A stretch of DNA of 64,000 nt from Octopus vulgaris (GCA_951406725.2 OX597827.1:39990001-40054000), one strand, 5' to 3'; shown: positions 12,365-26,625, counted from the first letter of the stretch. Numbers and translations are program-made. Notes: generated from the letters alone by a model not told the origin.

Positions 12365-12570
12365 AAAGTTAATCCAAACATGAAAACACAACAACGCGAA
12401 GACGTGGAACAAGTATAGTGTTATTGGACGTTCAGGAAAGGAAAGAAAGAAGGAGGATTTAACGATTCGAGCGGAGCTCTTCGTCAGAAACATAGAAAAA
12501 GGAAAGATCCAAAGAAGGGAAGACGGAGGGAAAAAAATTGCCAACGATACACACGCGACTAGGACCCCGA
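12365..12570 (-). mobile_element. Penelope-type pseudo-LTR fragment with a minimal hammerhead (12458-12490)
   Basis: The minus strand reads uuu-CUGACGA-A-GAGC-ucc-GCUC-GAAU(A>U)-CG-UU-aaa, the minimal PLE hammerhead architecture with one core substitution. Confidence 0.55.
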
Positions 12571-13319
12571 GCAATTATAATAACTCGGAGAAGAAGCCAA
12601 CAATGTAGCTAACATCCTTCAAATTACAACCTACCATTTAAAACAAAAAGCGTATTGGATAATGTGGTTCAGGCACTTCATGTCGGAGTGAAAAATGGGA
12701 TGGTCACAGCTGGAACGATTTTAATTACAGGTCTGCCTGACCGGGGCTGCAGACACCGGTCTTTCCTGTATTCCATGCATCACTTCCTACAAGCACGCAA
12801 ATCATATATATTGTTCTTCTCCAAATCTCTAATCTCTCAGCCCTTATCTATAGCCCATCTTTTCTGTCTTTGTTATACTCAACTTTGAAATTTACTTTAA
12901 TAATTATAGACTCCATTCCCCCGCTTTATCCCGCCTCACCTGGATATCAACAAGAAAAAACTGGGTATATAATTAATTAAATTTGTTTCAATATGTAATT
13001 CAGGATGAGTAACTCTTATCTTTAGTAGTAATTTGACAATTCTGCACATGTTTCTGGTGGATTAGAGCTCGTCAGCAAAGTATGGTCCACAAAACGCGAC
13101 TGTTAAGGGGAGAAATAGCGATAGACGAGATATGATCAATGAGTTGTTAGTGGCTGGAGATATTGGGAAATCGGTAGCGGCAGTGAATATATATAGAAGA
13201 TTGAAGAAGGGACACTGAGCTCACTTAACCCCTCGACTGCATTTCGTTCTGCCTTAAGGACATCTATATAATCCACAGCTTTTCATTTATCTGCTTTTTG
13301 TTTCTATCAGAAGTAATCA

Positions 13320-14190
13320 TTTACTTATGCTCACAAATATAGGCACAAGGAATACAAAAACACTTATCCTCACAAATATAGGCACAAGGACTGAAAAGAA
13401 TTTTATCGTCACAACTATAAGCATAAGGACTAAAAAACACTTATCCTCACAACTGTAGACACAAGGACAAAAAAAGACATATCTTCACAACTATAGGCAC
13501 AAGGACAAAAAAGACATCCTCAAAACTATAGGCACAAGGACATAATACTCTTATCCTCACAACAATAGGCACAAGGACTAAAAACTTATCCTCACAATTG
13601 TTGGCCCAATGGCTAAAAAACACTCATCCTCACAACGATAGGCACAATTATTAAAAAGCACTTATCATCACAACTATAGGCACAAGGACTAAAAACACTT
13701 ATCCTCACATCAATAGGCACATGGACTGAAAAAACACTTATCCTCACAACTATAGGTACTAGGACTAAAAAAACACTTATCCTCACAACTATAGGCACAA
13801 GGACTAAAAAACACTTATCCTCACAAATATAGGCACAAGGAATAAAAAACACTTATCCTCACAACTGGAGGCCCCAGGACTACAAAACATATATCCTCAC
13901 TATAGGCACAAGGACTAAAAAACACCTATCCTCATAAATATAGGCACAAGGACTAAAAAATTTAACCTCACAACTATAGGCACAAGGACTAAAAACACTT
14001 ATCTTCAAAACTATAGGCACTGGGACAAAAAAGACATCCTCACAATTATAGGTCTAAGGACTAAAAAGCTCTTATGATCACAACTATAGGCTCAAAGACT
14101 AAAGGAACACGTATCCTCACAAATATAGGCACAAGGATTAAAAAACCTTTTATACCCACAACTGTAGGCACAAAGACTAAAAGAACACTT
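13320..14190 (+). repeat. ~39-bp minisatellite, ~21 diverged copies (cacttatcctcacaactataggcacaaggactaaaaaa)
   Basis: Direct tandem repeat. The core ctataggcacaagg is the reverse complement of the family D SINE tail (ccttgtgcctatag). Confidence 0.92.
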
Positions 14191-14566
14191 CCTTACATCG
14201 TTGCTGTATGAACACTACACAATCAACAGACTAACAGCTGCCTCTACACACCACCAAACAGTACGCCATCTATGTCTACAGGATCAACAGCCCCACCTCA
14301 CCACGATGTCTCTCACATATCTTTGTTGTAACCTGTTGTGTTATTTTAGTTTATGTATGGCAGTCATTGTATTTCATAACGGAGAATAAATCGTCGCTTA
14401 CCAGTGCCTTTCATCTCAAGTCGTATATCTTTTCTCCATTTCCTTATTTATTTATCTTCGTTGTAGATCCACTAAGATGCAACCTAAACATTTTTACAGT
14501 ATTTATTGATTGAACTAAATGCAAATTAGGTAAGATACTGTGAACATAACGAAAAGCTAACGTATA

Positions 14567-14945
14567 GGCGCAGGAATAGCTGTGTGGTAAGTAGCTTGCT
14601 TACCAACCACATGGTTCCGGGTTCAGTTCCACTGCGTGGCACCTTGGGCAAGTGTCTTCTACTATAGCCTCGGGCCGACTGAGTGGATTTAGTAGACGGA
14701 AACTGAAAGAAGCCTGTCGTATATGTATGTATATATATATATATGTGTGTGTGTTTGTCCTCCCAACATCGCTTGACAACCGATGCTGTTGTGTTTACGT
14801 CCCCGTCACTTAGCGGTTCGGCAAAAGAGACCGATAGAATAAGTAGTAGGCTTACAAAGAGTAAATCCCGGGGTCGATTTGCTCGACTAAAGGCGGTGCT
14901 CCAGCATGACCGCAGTCAAAATAACTGAAACAAGTAAAAGAGAGT
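14567..14945 (+). mobile_element. tRNA-derived SINE (family A) with an internal microsatellite
   Basis: A/B-box head (tagctgtgtggtaag...gggttcagttccac), ggcaccttgggcaagtgtctt core and a gaaacaagtaaaagag tail. Further near-complete copies: 26099-26468(-), 52787-53171(+), 55062-55457(-), 57359-57768(+), 58273-58667(-). Confidence 0.85.
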
Positions 14946-15769
14946 ATAAATAAATATGCTGTGACGAAAAATCCAAGTCACTCAATAACTAATATTTTCC
15001 GGGCCAGTACAGGAAACAAATCCAGGCATGTAACGGTATTGTTATGGACTTCTCGGCGAGGCTAGACTTGCCGAAGTCATGTCAAATGAATCAATTATTA
15101 AATAAGCAATATTGTACACGTATTGAATTACCGAGATTACATCTTTTGCTTAGTTGGTGATCTATTTCACTTCTAAGTAAACTAATTTAGTCCATAGTGT
15201 CTTCTTTAGTAAATGGCTCGTAATGTATTAATTAGTTCCCTCAAATAATAGAATAATGCAGGTGTAAGCTTATCGTGTCCAATAATGTTAGTAAAATGGA
15301 CTTAGTTCGTGTGCCGTTAAGTATTGGTGAAAATTGGAACTATTCTTAGAAGAAGTTAGATAACTCTCAAATTGCTCTTAAATTTTAAGAGTTATTTCCC
15401 TTTTATGTATTTTTTCATTACGTGTATTAATTTTATTGTTTTTCATTGAAGTCATTATGCCAAAAATAAACACTCCGATTAATTTATTTCATTTTTTAAA
15501 TTTCATTAGTCAGTTGATTCAATGGAAAACCAATTGACTAATAATGTTTATTATTGGCATAAAGACCTTCCTGGGAAACAACAAAATGCGTCACAATACG
15601 CGAGTTCATATCAAGAATTTTGTAAACTATATACAAAACCAGAAAGTGGGTTTCATCTTTAGTAAAACAAAATTTTTAATAATTAATGTGAAACCAAAGA
15701 AAATTTGTTTTCTTTAACTTCACATCCATTTTTTTCTTTTTTTTTATTGCAGTCATTAAAGGCTTGTCA

Positions 15770-16030
15770 TTTACAGGCGCCAGTTCTTGGTAAAATGCAC
15801 TCATACAGGTGCTGTGTAGACATCCCTGTGCTGGTGGCATGTAGAGAGCTTCCAGCACACTCTGTAAAATGGTTGGCATTAGGAAGGCATCCAGCCATAG
15901 AAGCCATTCGACAACGGGCAATTGGAATCAAATCAGGACTGCTCCTTGACTGGCTAGCTCCTGTCAAACAGTCCAACCCATGCCAGTATGGAAAGCAGAC
16001 GTTAAATGATGGTGACGACGATGATGATGA
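15770..16030 (+). mobile_element. RTE 3'-end remnant with (GAT)n tail
   Basis: Shared module ggttggcattaggaaggcatccagcc...gacgttaaatgatg. Confidence 0.65.
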
Positions 16031-16664
16031 TAACTACAGTATTAAATTTAGGATATGGGAATGATTAACTGTGGTAAACAACTTGCTATAAAGTCAGAAG
16101 ACATCATGGTTCGATTCCATCACTGGCACAGTACTGCATCTGTAAAGAAGACATTTCACTTCTAAATGGTCAAGCCTAACATTTGAATATTGTACAATGT
16201 AATGACAATACAATCACAATTAGAAATAGTGGTAGCTCTGAATAATTGCTGAATGTTCTCTTTTCCAATGCTGAGTTGAAACCTGACAATGAAGATAATT
16301 AAGAGCTGGATGGGTTATGTCAGACTTCATCGAAATGACAGCCATTCAACTAATTGGTTATGATTTCCAGGATATCACTAACTGACAGATACTTCATTTT
16401 CTCTCTTTGCTTCTTCTATCACAACTATTAAAATCCTTTATTGTTCCACCCAGGTCTACCTGTTTCTCTTCATCCAAGAGTATGCTTTCACAAACACTTC
16501 CCAGACCATTTTTTTGCACCTCTATAGAATTCCCACCCCTGTAGATATTGATATCAAAACTTGGCACAACGCCAGTAATTTTGGGTAAGTTGATTACATC
16601 AACCCCAACGTTCAGCTGGTACTTATCGACCACAAAAGGCAACTTTACAGAAATAATTCCTCCT

Positions 16665-17085
16665 CCACCTTGGAACTTTCAAGGAATTCCTCCCACTCCT
16701 CGAAAATTTCCACAAATTACTACACCTCCTCAGAAAGTTCCGAGGAAGGTGACTTCCTGGTAAGTTCCAACAGGGGAGGGACTTCCTGGAAAATTCCGAG
16801 GGGATGACGGATTTCCTGGAAAGTTCTGTGGGGAGATAGACTTCCTGGAATTTTCCGAGGAGGGGGAGGAAGGACTTCCTAGAAGTTCCGAGGAAGGGGG
16901 CATCGTGGAAAGTTCCGAGGAGGGGGGATTCCTGGAAAGTCCCGAGGAATGGGAGGGAAGGGAGGAAGGACTTCCTGGGAAGCTCCAGGGGGTGGATTAC
17001 TTACTGGAAAGTTTCAGGAGGGGTGGAATAACTTCTTGGAAAGTTCCGAGGAGGGGTGGAATTACTTCCTGGGCAGTTCCGAAAG
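16665..17085 (+). repeat. Degenerate G-rich ~29-bp tandem repeat (acttcctggaaagttccgaggagggg)
   Basis: About 12 diverged copies, with reverse-oriented copies at ~16665-16730. Confidence 0.8.
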
Positions 17086-17386
17086 CCTGGCTGAAACTGT
17101 TAAAACTTTCACACATGCCTGGTGACAAGGCAACGCTGTGTATTTATGCGCAGGTTGAATGACAGTTTAGCTGCACTAATCAAATCATGCATAGATAGAT
17201 ACTGTTCCACCAAAATGAAATAGTTCTCCTACACATGCATACATACATACATACGTACGTACGTACGTACACACATACATACATCCATACATAAATTTAT
17301 ATCTAATATAGGATAAAATTTTCAAAAACATTTTATCAATAGCCAGCATATTAAAAAAATACCTTTAAAGGTTAAATTTATAAACA

Positions 17387-17611
17387 ACTTATAAACAAGG
17401 GCAAAAGAAAAAGTTTCAATGCCAATTATGCCAAAAATAGACTTAATCGAAATTGGGACCGAGCCAATAATAACGAAATTTTAAGAAATTTCTATCAGCT
17501 TGCTTTCGAGACGCGTGCTTATAGGGATAAATTATATGGTTATTAACGATTAAGTCTATTTTCAGCATATTTGGCATTGAAATTTTTTTCTTTTGCCCTT
17601 GTTTATAAGTT
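17387..17611. repeat. ~64-bp inverted repeat with ~95-bp spacer, next to (ATAC)n
   Basis: 17387-17450 matches the reverse complement of 17547-17611. Confidence 0.8.
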
Positions 17612-18539
17612 ACATACATACATACATACATACATTCATACATACATACCTATATACAAACGTGTGCATCTTTGAGTCTGTGTTTGTCATGGGAGTGTTG
17701 GTGTCATGACGAGTGTTGGTGTGTTTATGTCCTCACACGCAATAAGATGGCAAAAGAAACTAACAGATTAAGTACCATGTTAAAAATAAAAGTACTGAGG
17801 TTGATTCATTCAACTAGAATTCTTCAAAGCAGTGCCCCAGCATGGCCATAAGTCTACTGACTGAAAAAACATACATACATACATACATACATGCACACAT
17901 ACACACACACACACACATACATACATACATACATACATACATACATACATACAGACAGACATGCATGCATGCATACATATATGAAAAGAAAAACACAAAT
18001 TCATATTAAAATGACTGGATTATAGTTTATTGCTTGATTTGAAGTGCACAGTGTAGTTAAGTCTTCTGTATATGAAATATTAAGAGTTACTGATGGTAGT
18101 TTATGAGAGTCATGGAAAAGTTGCCAGACAATAGTATCAGATATTTTGGCAACTGGCATTGAAATTTTGGTACAAATGTATAATTTGCATTTTTCTACAG
18201 TTTGTGATGATGTGAGATACCAACTATACATTAAAGTATAATTCACAACTCATACATATGTACATACATACATACACTTGTATCTAGACAACATATTTAT
18301 AGTAAAACATAACAAACAACCCAACACATGCCATATATATATATACACACACACTTATGTATACACATACATATACACATGTTCACATAAAATGCTCACA
18401 CACATATAGATTTAACAAACATATATATATATATTTATTAAATATACATACATAACCCCATGTAGAGATGAACACACACATGCACACACATCTAAATGAC
18501 CAAAAAATTACATTACAAATACATGAAAACATTCACATT

Positions 18540-18580
<41 letters not shown>

Positions 18581-19436
18581 GTATATACATATACATACAC
18601 AATTATAAATGCAAATACTTAAACATGTATATGTAGCAGCTTTAACCATGTATGATTATAATTTGTGTAAAAAATAAAATAGCAAAACAGGTGGTGATGA
18701 TGATGATGATATGATGATAGTGGCGGTGATGGTGGCAGTAACTATGGTTGTAATGAGGATGACTTTTGACTAGGCACAAAGTGAATGCTTGTAAGAAAAT
18801 AAAGTAGATTACAGGTCTATCAAAAACAAAAAAAAACAAAAACATACCTCCTCTACAGGAGAAAAGATGAAATGTAAAAGCTGACAGCAAACCCAAACAG
18901 GTAAGCCATTTTTGTATTACATATATGTGTGTGTAGAGTCTGTGTTTGTGCATGTATGTGTTTGTGTGCATATTTATGCTTGAAACAATATATATGTACA
19001 AGTGAAGAGTATGAAAAAATTTTCTCACACTTCAGGTATAAAAAAAATATTTTTTTCAAAGTTTGGAGAATTGAAAAAAATGGACACAACATTATATGCA
19101 TGAAAAGTTATGCAATCACAACAACCATGCTGATCCAACATGGTTTTTAGCTGCAATGGCTAAAATGAACAAAAGAACTATGAACACACACACACACACA
19201 CACACACACTTAATCCATAGTTGTTAGTCTAGCAAAATATATTTTGTTTCTGACTCTTTGGGAACCCTATTTTGTCAGACTAACAATTATGGATTTAAAT
19301 ATTTTATTCACTCTCAGACTTGTCTTTAATTATTTTATTCTAAGTAGGCAGGCATAGTTGCCACCCATTGGGATATACACACACAGACACACACATGCAT
19401 AAAATATACATATATATCTATGTGTGCATATGTATG

Positions 19437-19495
<59 letters not shown>

Positions 19496-19696
19496 CCACA
19501 TATATATATATATATATAATTAATCATATCAAAGGGGAATGGAAATTAATTAAAATTTTCATTTCCAGTAGCCTAACGTGTAAAAATTTAGTCCAAAGAC
19601 TATGTATTAGTCATAAAATACAGTACTTTTAAACACATGAGGAATCCACTTGTGGGATTCAACACACTAGAAAGAACAGCTAGGTTCTATAACCAC

Positions 19697-19748
<52 letters not shown>

Positions 19749-20953
19749 ATATATATATATACACAAACACATACACACACACACATATATATATATATAT
19801 ACACATTACATATGTGCGTGCACACACAGTGATGCAAACAGGAAAAATAGAACTCTAAACATGAATATATGTATATTTTTATTAATATCAACAGAAGTAA
19901 TAGAGTGACTCAAGAGCTGAGAGTTGCATTCATTTGGCACTTATCAAACTAGTTTGGTAAGTGCCAATGCACAAAGCTCTCCACCCTTGAATCACTCCAT
20001 AACTTCCGATAATATTAACAAATATAGATATAATAACAAATTCATAAGCACCCCGAAAAATTAGATTCAACTCACAGAATTTTCAATCACTTAGCATTTC
20101 AAACTGGCTACTTCTGGTAAAAGTGAAGCACACATGAAGTTCATCATTTCATCATTTTTGTGTACAAATATATTGATTTATTTAACACTATTATTATTAT
20201 TGTTGTTGTTATCTGATATCACTGGACAGGAGACACTACATTACATTATGTGAATATAACAATATATCTAACACTGTTTGCATTATGAAAAGTGAAGAAT
20301 TAGAGCTTACATTAAACACACCGTCCAACTTTATATAAATACATGAACACATCTGAACTATTACTATTAGTAATACTATAAAGTTCAATCTTAGGAGACA
20401 CTAATCTAATTTATATGAATGCCAAAGCATTTTTTAGAAAATGTTCCAGAATAGTCTATCTTTCCCTTTCTTCTTAATTCTCTGTTTCTCTTAGATAAGT
20501 GTTAGAGCAAGGAAAAATTCAATGCTTTCTCCTCCCTCTCTCTCCATCTTGTACTATGTAAGCTGACCTAATGGGTAAGATTTGGGGGTCAAGGTTTACT
20601 TCAATACATTGCCTCAAAACTCTCTCATTCCCCGTTTGACTCTCTTTTCCTCTGTGCGCATGTGTGTGTGTGTGTGTGTGTGTCTGTGCACGCACACACA
20701 ACACACACCTGTCTATGTTTCTATCTATCTAACTAACTATCTTGCTGCCAGCTAAGTTTGTGATAATGTAAAATCTAAGCGACTTCATGTGCTACCAAGT
20801 GACTCATAAGGCACCAGTACTTAGTTCCAGTTTTACAGCACCAAGCAAATGGGAGACAGATCTCTCCTTGGACAGGGATCAGTATAAAGCAGATAACAAA
20901 AAGTCCCCAGATTTGCTATCTATGGCTCCACTTCCTTCCCATTTTATTTTTTA

Positions 20954-21257
20954 TGTGCCTTTTTCAAGCCTAGCCAGGTTCATGGGCCCAGTTTCCCGGT
21001 TTCTGTGGCGTATGTGTTCCCCCCAGCTGGATGGGATGCCAGTCCATCACAGCGTTACTCAAGAAACAGGAAGAGAGAGTGAGAGAAAGTTGGAGCAAAA
21101 GAGTACAACAGGGGTCGCCACCACCCCCTGCCGGAGCCTTGTGGAGCTTTAGGTGTTTTCGCTTAATAAACACACACAACGCCCAGTCTGGGAATCGAAA
21201 CCACGATCCTCCGACCACGAATCTACTGCCCTAACCACTGGGCCATTGCGCCTCCAC
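20954..21257 (-). mobile_element. tRNA-derived SINE (family B)
   Basis: Head ggaggcgcaatggcccagtggttagggcag...ggtttcgattccc. Other copies: 21758-22035(-), 28180-28480(+), 51881-52170(-). Confidence 0.85.
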
Positions 21258-22829
21258 ACTTCCTTCCCATACAACTAAGTAAACTGAGGCAATGTAAGAA
21301 CATACCTTCATATTAAAAGCTGCTACTGAATTCCTTGAACTGAAAACCAGCACAAAGCGGAACAGGAGATATTCAGAATGTTTCCCAGAACACATTACAG
21401 TAAAAGTACTGCAGTACAGTGTGGCATGGTGCAATGTTCTATAGAACAAAACTCAACTGCACATTGTTATATAATAATGAATAGCACAATATTATATGAT
21501 GCTGCAATCACTGATTACACAGCATTGCTTTGTGCATTTGTACATAATTGTATTGCATACAATTGCATTGTGTTATACTGACAAACAATGCATGATGTAA
21601 TTCCATAGCCATACACAATACAAAACTATATGACACTGTATAATGCTATACTGCATGTTCTTTCTTAGTATTACATTGCACTACATAATCATCTATGTAC
21701 AACACAACAGCGTATAAAACTACATAACATTGTGCAATATAACTATTTTATTTATTTATGTGCCCTTTTCAAGCCTAGCCAGGCCCGGTTTCCCGGTTTT
21801 TGTGGTGTATGTGTTCCCAAAAGCTGAACGGGATACTCAAGAAACAGGAAGAGAGAGTGAGAGAAAGTTGGGGCGAAAGAGTACAACAGGGGTCGCCACC
21901 ACCCCCTGCTGGAGCCTCGTGGAGCTTTAGGTGATTTCGCTCAATAAACACACACAACACCCGGTCTGGGAATCAAAACCGCGATCCTCTGACCGCGAGT
22001 CCGCTGCCCTAACCACTGGGCCATTGCGCCTCCACACAATATAACTATAACTGCATTTAATTGCACTGTATTGTACAAAACAACATTCAGTAACACCACT
22101 GCATAACATTCCAAAGTTTTGTACAATAATACAAAATTGCATGACAATGCATGCAGAATTCCTGCATTTATACACCACTGCATGTCATGTCACTAGACAA
22201 TATAAAACAATACTGCAATGTACTGCACACACTGGGTGACATTATTGCAGCATATGACACATGGGACTACATCATATACATCACTGCAGTATATTAATTG
22301 TACATTGTGTGTGGGTCATTACAGTCCATAGCTTTCTACTGCACAGCCTGGTTCTGCAGTGCTAAGCACACCAGTGCACAGCAGGGTCATACATTGAATC
22401 AATAGAGGGAATGTACACAGACCACCCTTCAGTAAGGGAGAAATAAGCCTCATCACCAGAACATCCCCCACATGCAACCATTGTGAACTCTTCTTGAGTT
22501 TCCAGTGATATGTTAGAAGGGGGGAAAAAAAGGAGAAAAAATATATTCGAAATAATAAAAAAATAGCTAATATACATATTTACATTATTTTTGTTGCTGT
22601 TGTTGTTGGTCACACTAGTGTGGGTGGTGGTGGTTGTGGTGATGGTGGGGTGGTTGTGGTGATGGTGGCGGTGGTTGTGGTGATGGTGGCAGAGATGATT
22701 TCATTGTTCATTGTTACTGCTTGAATTTGTTTTGTTTTGTTTGTTTTTTGGGCTGCTGTCATTTGGTTTGTTTATTTGTATAAATGTTATTTTTATTTCT
22801 TTTTTTCTTTTGCAGTAGATATTTTCTAT

Positions 22830-22884
<55 letters not shown>

Positions 22885-23617
22885 TACATACATGCATGCA
22901 TACAACAATATACATATATATCTAACAATACATATATACATGTGTGTTTGTGTGTGCGTGTGTGTCATTTCTTTTAGCTGAATCAATTATCCATTACACT
23001 GGACAACTAGTTCATCAAATAGTTCACTCCTTGAGAGAACTATCTGATAAACCAGTCATCCAAGGAAAAGTTCAGAGTAACACCCAACAAACTGACTCAG
23101 CCAAAATATATTACATTCTATTATAGTTATTGGATATTCTTTTTCCCATCTGCTACCACCTACATACATCATTTACACATACATATAAACAAGGAAAATG
23201 AAATATTTAAATGAGTCATTAATGTAATAATATCTGATTTGGCATCATAGCTAAAATGATAGCAATTTGGCCAAAGATCTTAACGGGCAATGTCACGATT
23301 CATACAATTTTAATTGGTAACATCACTCACAGTTCACACCATTGGAACCAGGATTGCAGTGAAATGATACTAAATCAGATAAAGTCAATGAATTGCCAAA
23401 AACGCAATCATTATTAATACAATTATCAACAACAATTTGGAATAGGGGAACACTGCCAACTGGCATTGTTATAATTATGTTGTTGATCATGAATTGTCAG
23501 TTTAGCAGGAGTCAAAGATGCAATCAGCTTAGTTGCCATCATGTTTTTTTGTTATCAAAATTTGCTATGTCTCAAAGAGAAATGCAGTCCATTGAAACAT
23601 TTGAGGGAGTGAAGCAA

Positions 23618-26006
23618 TTAAATGACAGTCTCTAGTGCATCAGAGTCACTACCATTTGCTTCGTCTCGCAACAGTACAATATCATGTGGATTCTTGAGGT
23701 CATTCCTGTAATTGTGAGCAGCTATAATGCGATTTTTCTCTTCATGCACATCATAAAATTCCTCTTTAGCAGCATGTCCTTCAACATCCAGTTCAGATCG
23801 GGGGGATTCCACATTGTAGCTTGTATCCTGGCCCTCGACTTTTTTCCGTCGATAACTTATCCCTTCAGGACCAACTCTGAAGTTGCCTTTTCCCTGTGTA
23901 GGGTTTTTGCGAACTTCAGCCTGCAGCTTATGTGGTGACGCTTTTGATGTTGATGACGATGATGATGAGCGAGATTGGTATGGAGGAGGAGGTGGTTTGA
24001 TTTTTGACTGTTGATGGTGTTCGTGGTCACGGTTACTGTTGTTACTGGTGGTGTAGTAATTGCTATTGCTGTGTGATCTGTTTTTATGCTTGCTATCAAC
24101 ATTATTATTCTTTGTTGGAGATGTGTGAACATTGCAGCCATCAATGTTGCGACTATATGGACCATACTGACCATAAGGCTGTTCCCTGGGTCCAAGAGAC
24201 TCCTCAACATTTCCTCTGTGTGGTGACAAGGATGTGGAATAACCGTGCATGGCGCTGTCATACTGTTCCTCTTCGTAACACCTTTGAACTTGTTTTGAAG
24301 CATCAACACTTCTACAGTTGTTTACATAACATTCTTTAGGCAGGGGGATTTGATTCTGGTTATTAGCATGCCTTGATGGAGAATGAGGTATGTTCTGGAA
24401 GGAAGACAAATTTGTTGAATGTCCTTGATTATTATTGAGGACTGATGGAATGACATTTACCATGTAGCCAACATGCTTTGGTGGAGAGTAGATGACATTG
24501 TCAGAAGAGATTTTCTCTGGGGAAATATCAGCTGAAGCACCAGTAATGTTTCTTGTAAGTTCTGAAGGAGCCACAAAAGATTTGCCCAAGTTCATACTGT
24601 TCTGATCTCCAGGCATGTAATATGAGGATGATATACCTGAAGCATTGCTTCGGTGACTTGATATGTGGACTTCTGGAGATAAGCTGGTATCTTCAGGACT
24701 GGTCGGTGACAAGTCAGGGGTCAGAGGTAACATTTTCGGGTGTGGAATGGGAGTATTACATGGATTGAGACTGGCTGGTTGTCCATCCGGTGAAGCATCC
24801 ATTGATGTACCTGAAGCATTGCTTCGATTATGGTTTGTGTTAAGAGGAGATAACTCCGTAGATGTCCCAGAAATGTTACCTCTGTTAGAATTATCTTGAC
24901 TTTGAGAATACCCAGATGAGACAGAGTCAAGAGTTGCATTCAAATCAACGGCATCCTGTCTCTTAAGATTCTTCTTTCCAGACTCTTTCTGATCAGATTT
25001 TTCTAGTTTGGATGGTGTCTTGGAATTTGCTTCTGGGGAGTGAACATACTGTTTAGATGAGTCAGGAGTTGCCATTTTACTAGATCTTGTATTACTCTTT
25101 CTGGAACCTGAAGTTGACATTTCTTTTGATACTTTTGAAGAACTTTGCTGAGAATCACGTTTTGCAGGTGAATCTCGGTCACAAGAGTCAGATTTCTTGG
25201 AAATTCTACCATATATGGATTCTTTTGGTTTTGTAGATTTCGAATACAAGCACTCTGATGAGGAAATTTTTATAGCATATGGCAAAGGTGCCTGGTTGAA
25301 AATCCGCTCAGGATAGTTGGGGGACAAAATTGCTCTTGTCTCCGGGGAAGAAACCAACCTCTCATAAACAGGTGAAGTGACAATGTCATGTTCAGGTGAA
25401 TCAATTTTTTCATAAAGGGGTACAATGTAAACAGACTCATTTTTGGCAGGTACCGATGCTGACATAGTCCTGGTCAAGGATGGTCTTTTATGACAGTCAA
25501 CCAACAGTGATTGATTCATATTGTCATAGCCATCTGATGATGTCTTAGGAACCCGGAAAGAATTACTTTGTTTCACTTTAGAAATCTGAACACCCACATC
25601 ACCAACGCCCTCGAAGTTGCATAGGGGCAATGTCTCCAGCTCAATGTGCTCCTGGGTGTTGTATTTATTTACTGGATTTACCATGTCATTAAACATTGCC
25701 TCGGCAAATGTTTTTGCAGTAGAAGTTGAAGGCATAAAGGCTTCATCCATGTCTGCAAACAGTTGGCGGCGTCTTGGCAGCTGCGGACGTCCATCACATG
25801 TTGCTGGTATGCTAGGACTACTTGACTGAGTTTTTGCTGGCTGTGGTGTATAAGCCCTTCGTCCAGCCATATAACCTCCTTTACTTCCTGGATTGTAGGG
25901 CTGTGGAGTTTTTGATCGGCGCTGTTGCTCTTGCATGCTCTGTATCTCTAGCTCATGTTGTTCTTGCATGTTTCTCATATGAAGTCCCATAATCAGAAGC
26001 AGTTGT
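23618..26006 (-). CDS. Terminal coding exon (2389 nt) of a CD20-like/FAM189(ENTREP)-type membrane protein: long Ser/Pro-rich cytoplasmic tail
   Basis: 790-aa ORF extended upstream in frame to a ctttttgcAG acceptor (26008-26007); phase-2 junction with exon 30073-30557 gives ...DN-R-QLLLIMGLH...; contains KPPPPPY and ends ETVI*. Confidence 0.9.
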
Positions 26007-26049
26007 CTGCAAAAAGAGAAAAGTAATTTAATAACAGTATTTAAAACGT

Positions 26050-26100
<51 letters not shown>

Positions 26101-26466
26101 TCTTTTACTTGTTTCAGTCATTTGACTGTGGCCATGCTGGAGCACTGCCTTTAGTCGAGCAAATCAACCCCAGAACTTATTCTTTGTAAGCCTAGTACCT
26201 ATTCTATCATTCTCTTTTGCCGAACCACTAAGTTACAGGGACCTAAACACACCAGCATCAGTTGTCAAGCGATGTTGGGGGGACAAACACACAAACATAT
26301 ACACACACGTACATATATATATATATACGACGGGCTTCTTTCAGTTTCTGTCTACCAAATCCACTCACAAGGCTTTGGTTGGCCCAAGGCTATAGTAGAA
26401 GACACTTGCCCAAGGTGCCACGCAGTGGGACTGAACCCAGCGAGTTACCACACAGCCACTCCTACG

Positions 26467-26508
<42 letters not shown>

Positions 26509-26625
26509 AATCAAGGAACGGCCATAATAGGCCATTCACCCACTAGAAATAACAGCCAAAGCTTCAACCGCAAAATAACATTAATTCCGCAAACCAGGAG
26601 AAAATTAAAAAACATTTACCCTGTA

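Noticed and set aside
21190-21257. tRNA-like sequences at SINE heads (also near 22035, 28180, 52170)
   Set aside because: No complete acceptor stem, and they are continuous with SINE bodies, so they are not tRNA genes.
23684-25829. Shadow ORFs overlapping the 790-aa exon
   Set aside because: Short antisense or alternate-frame by-products of a real coding exon.
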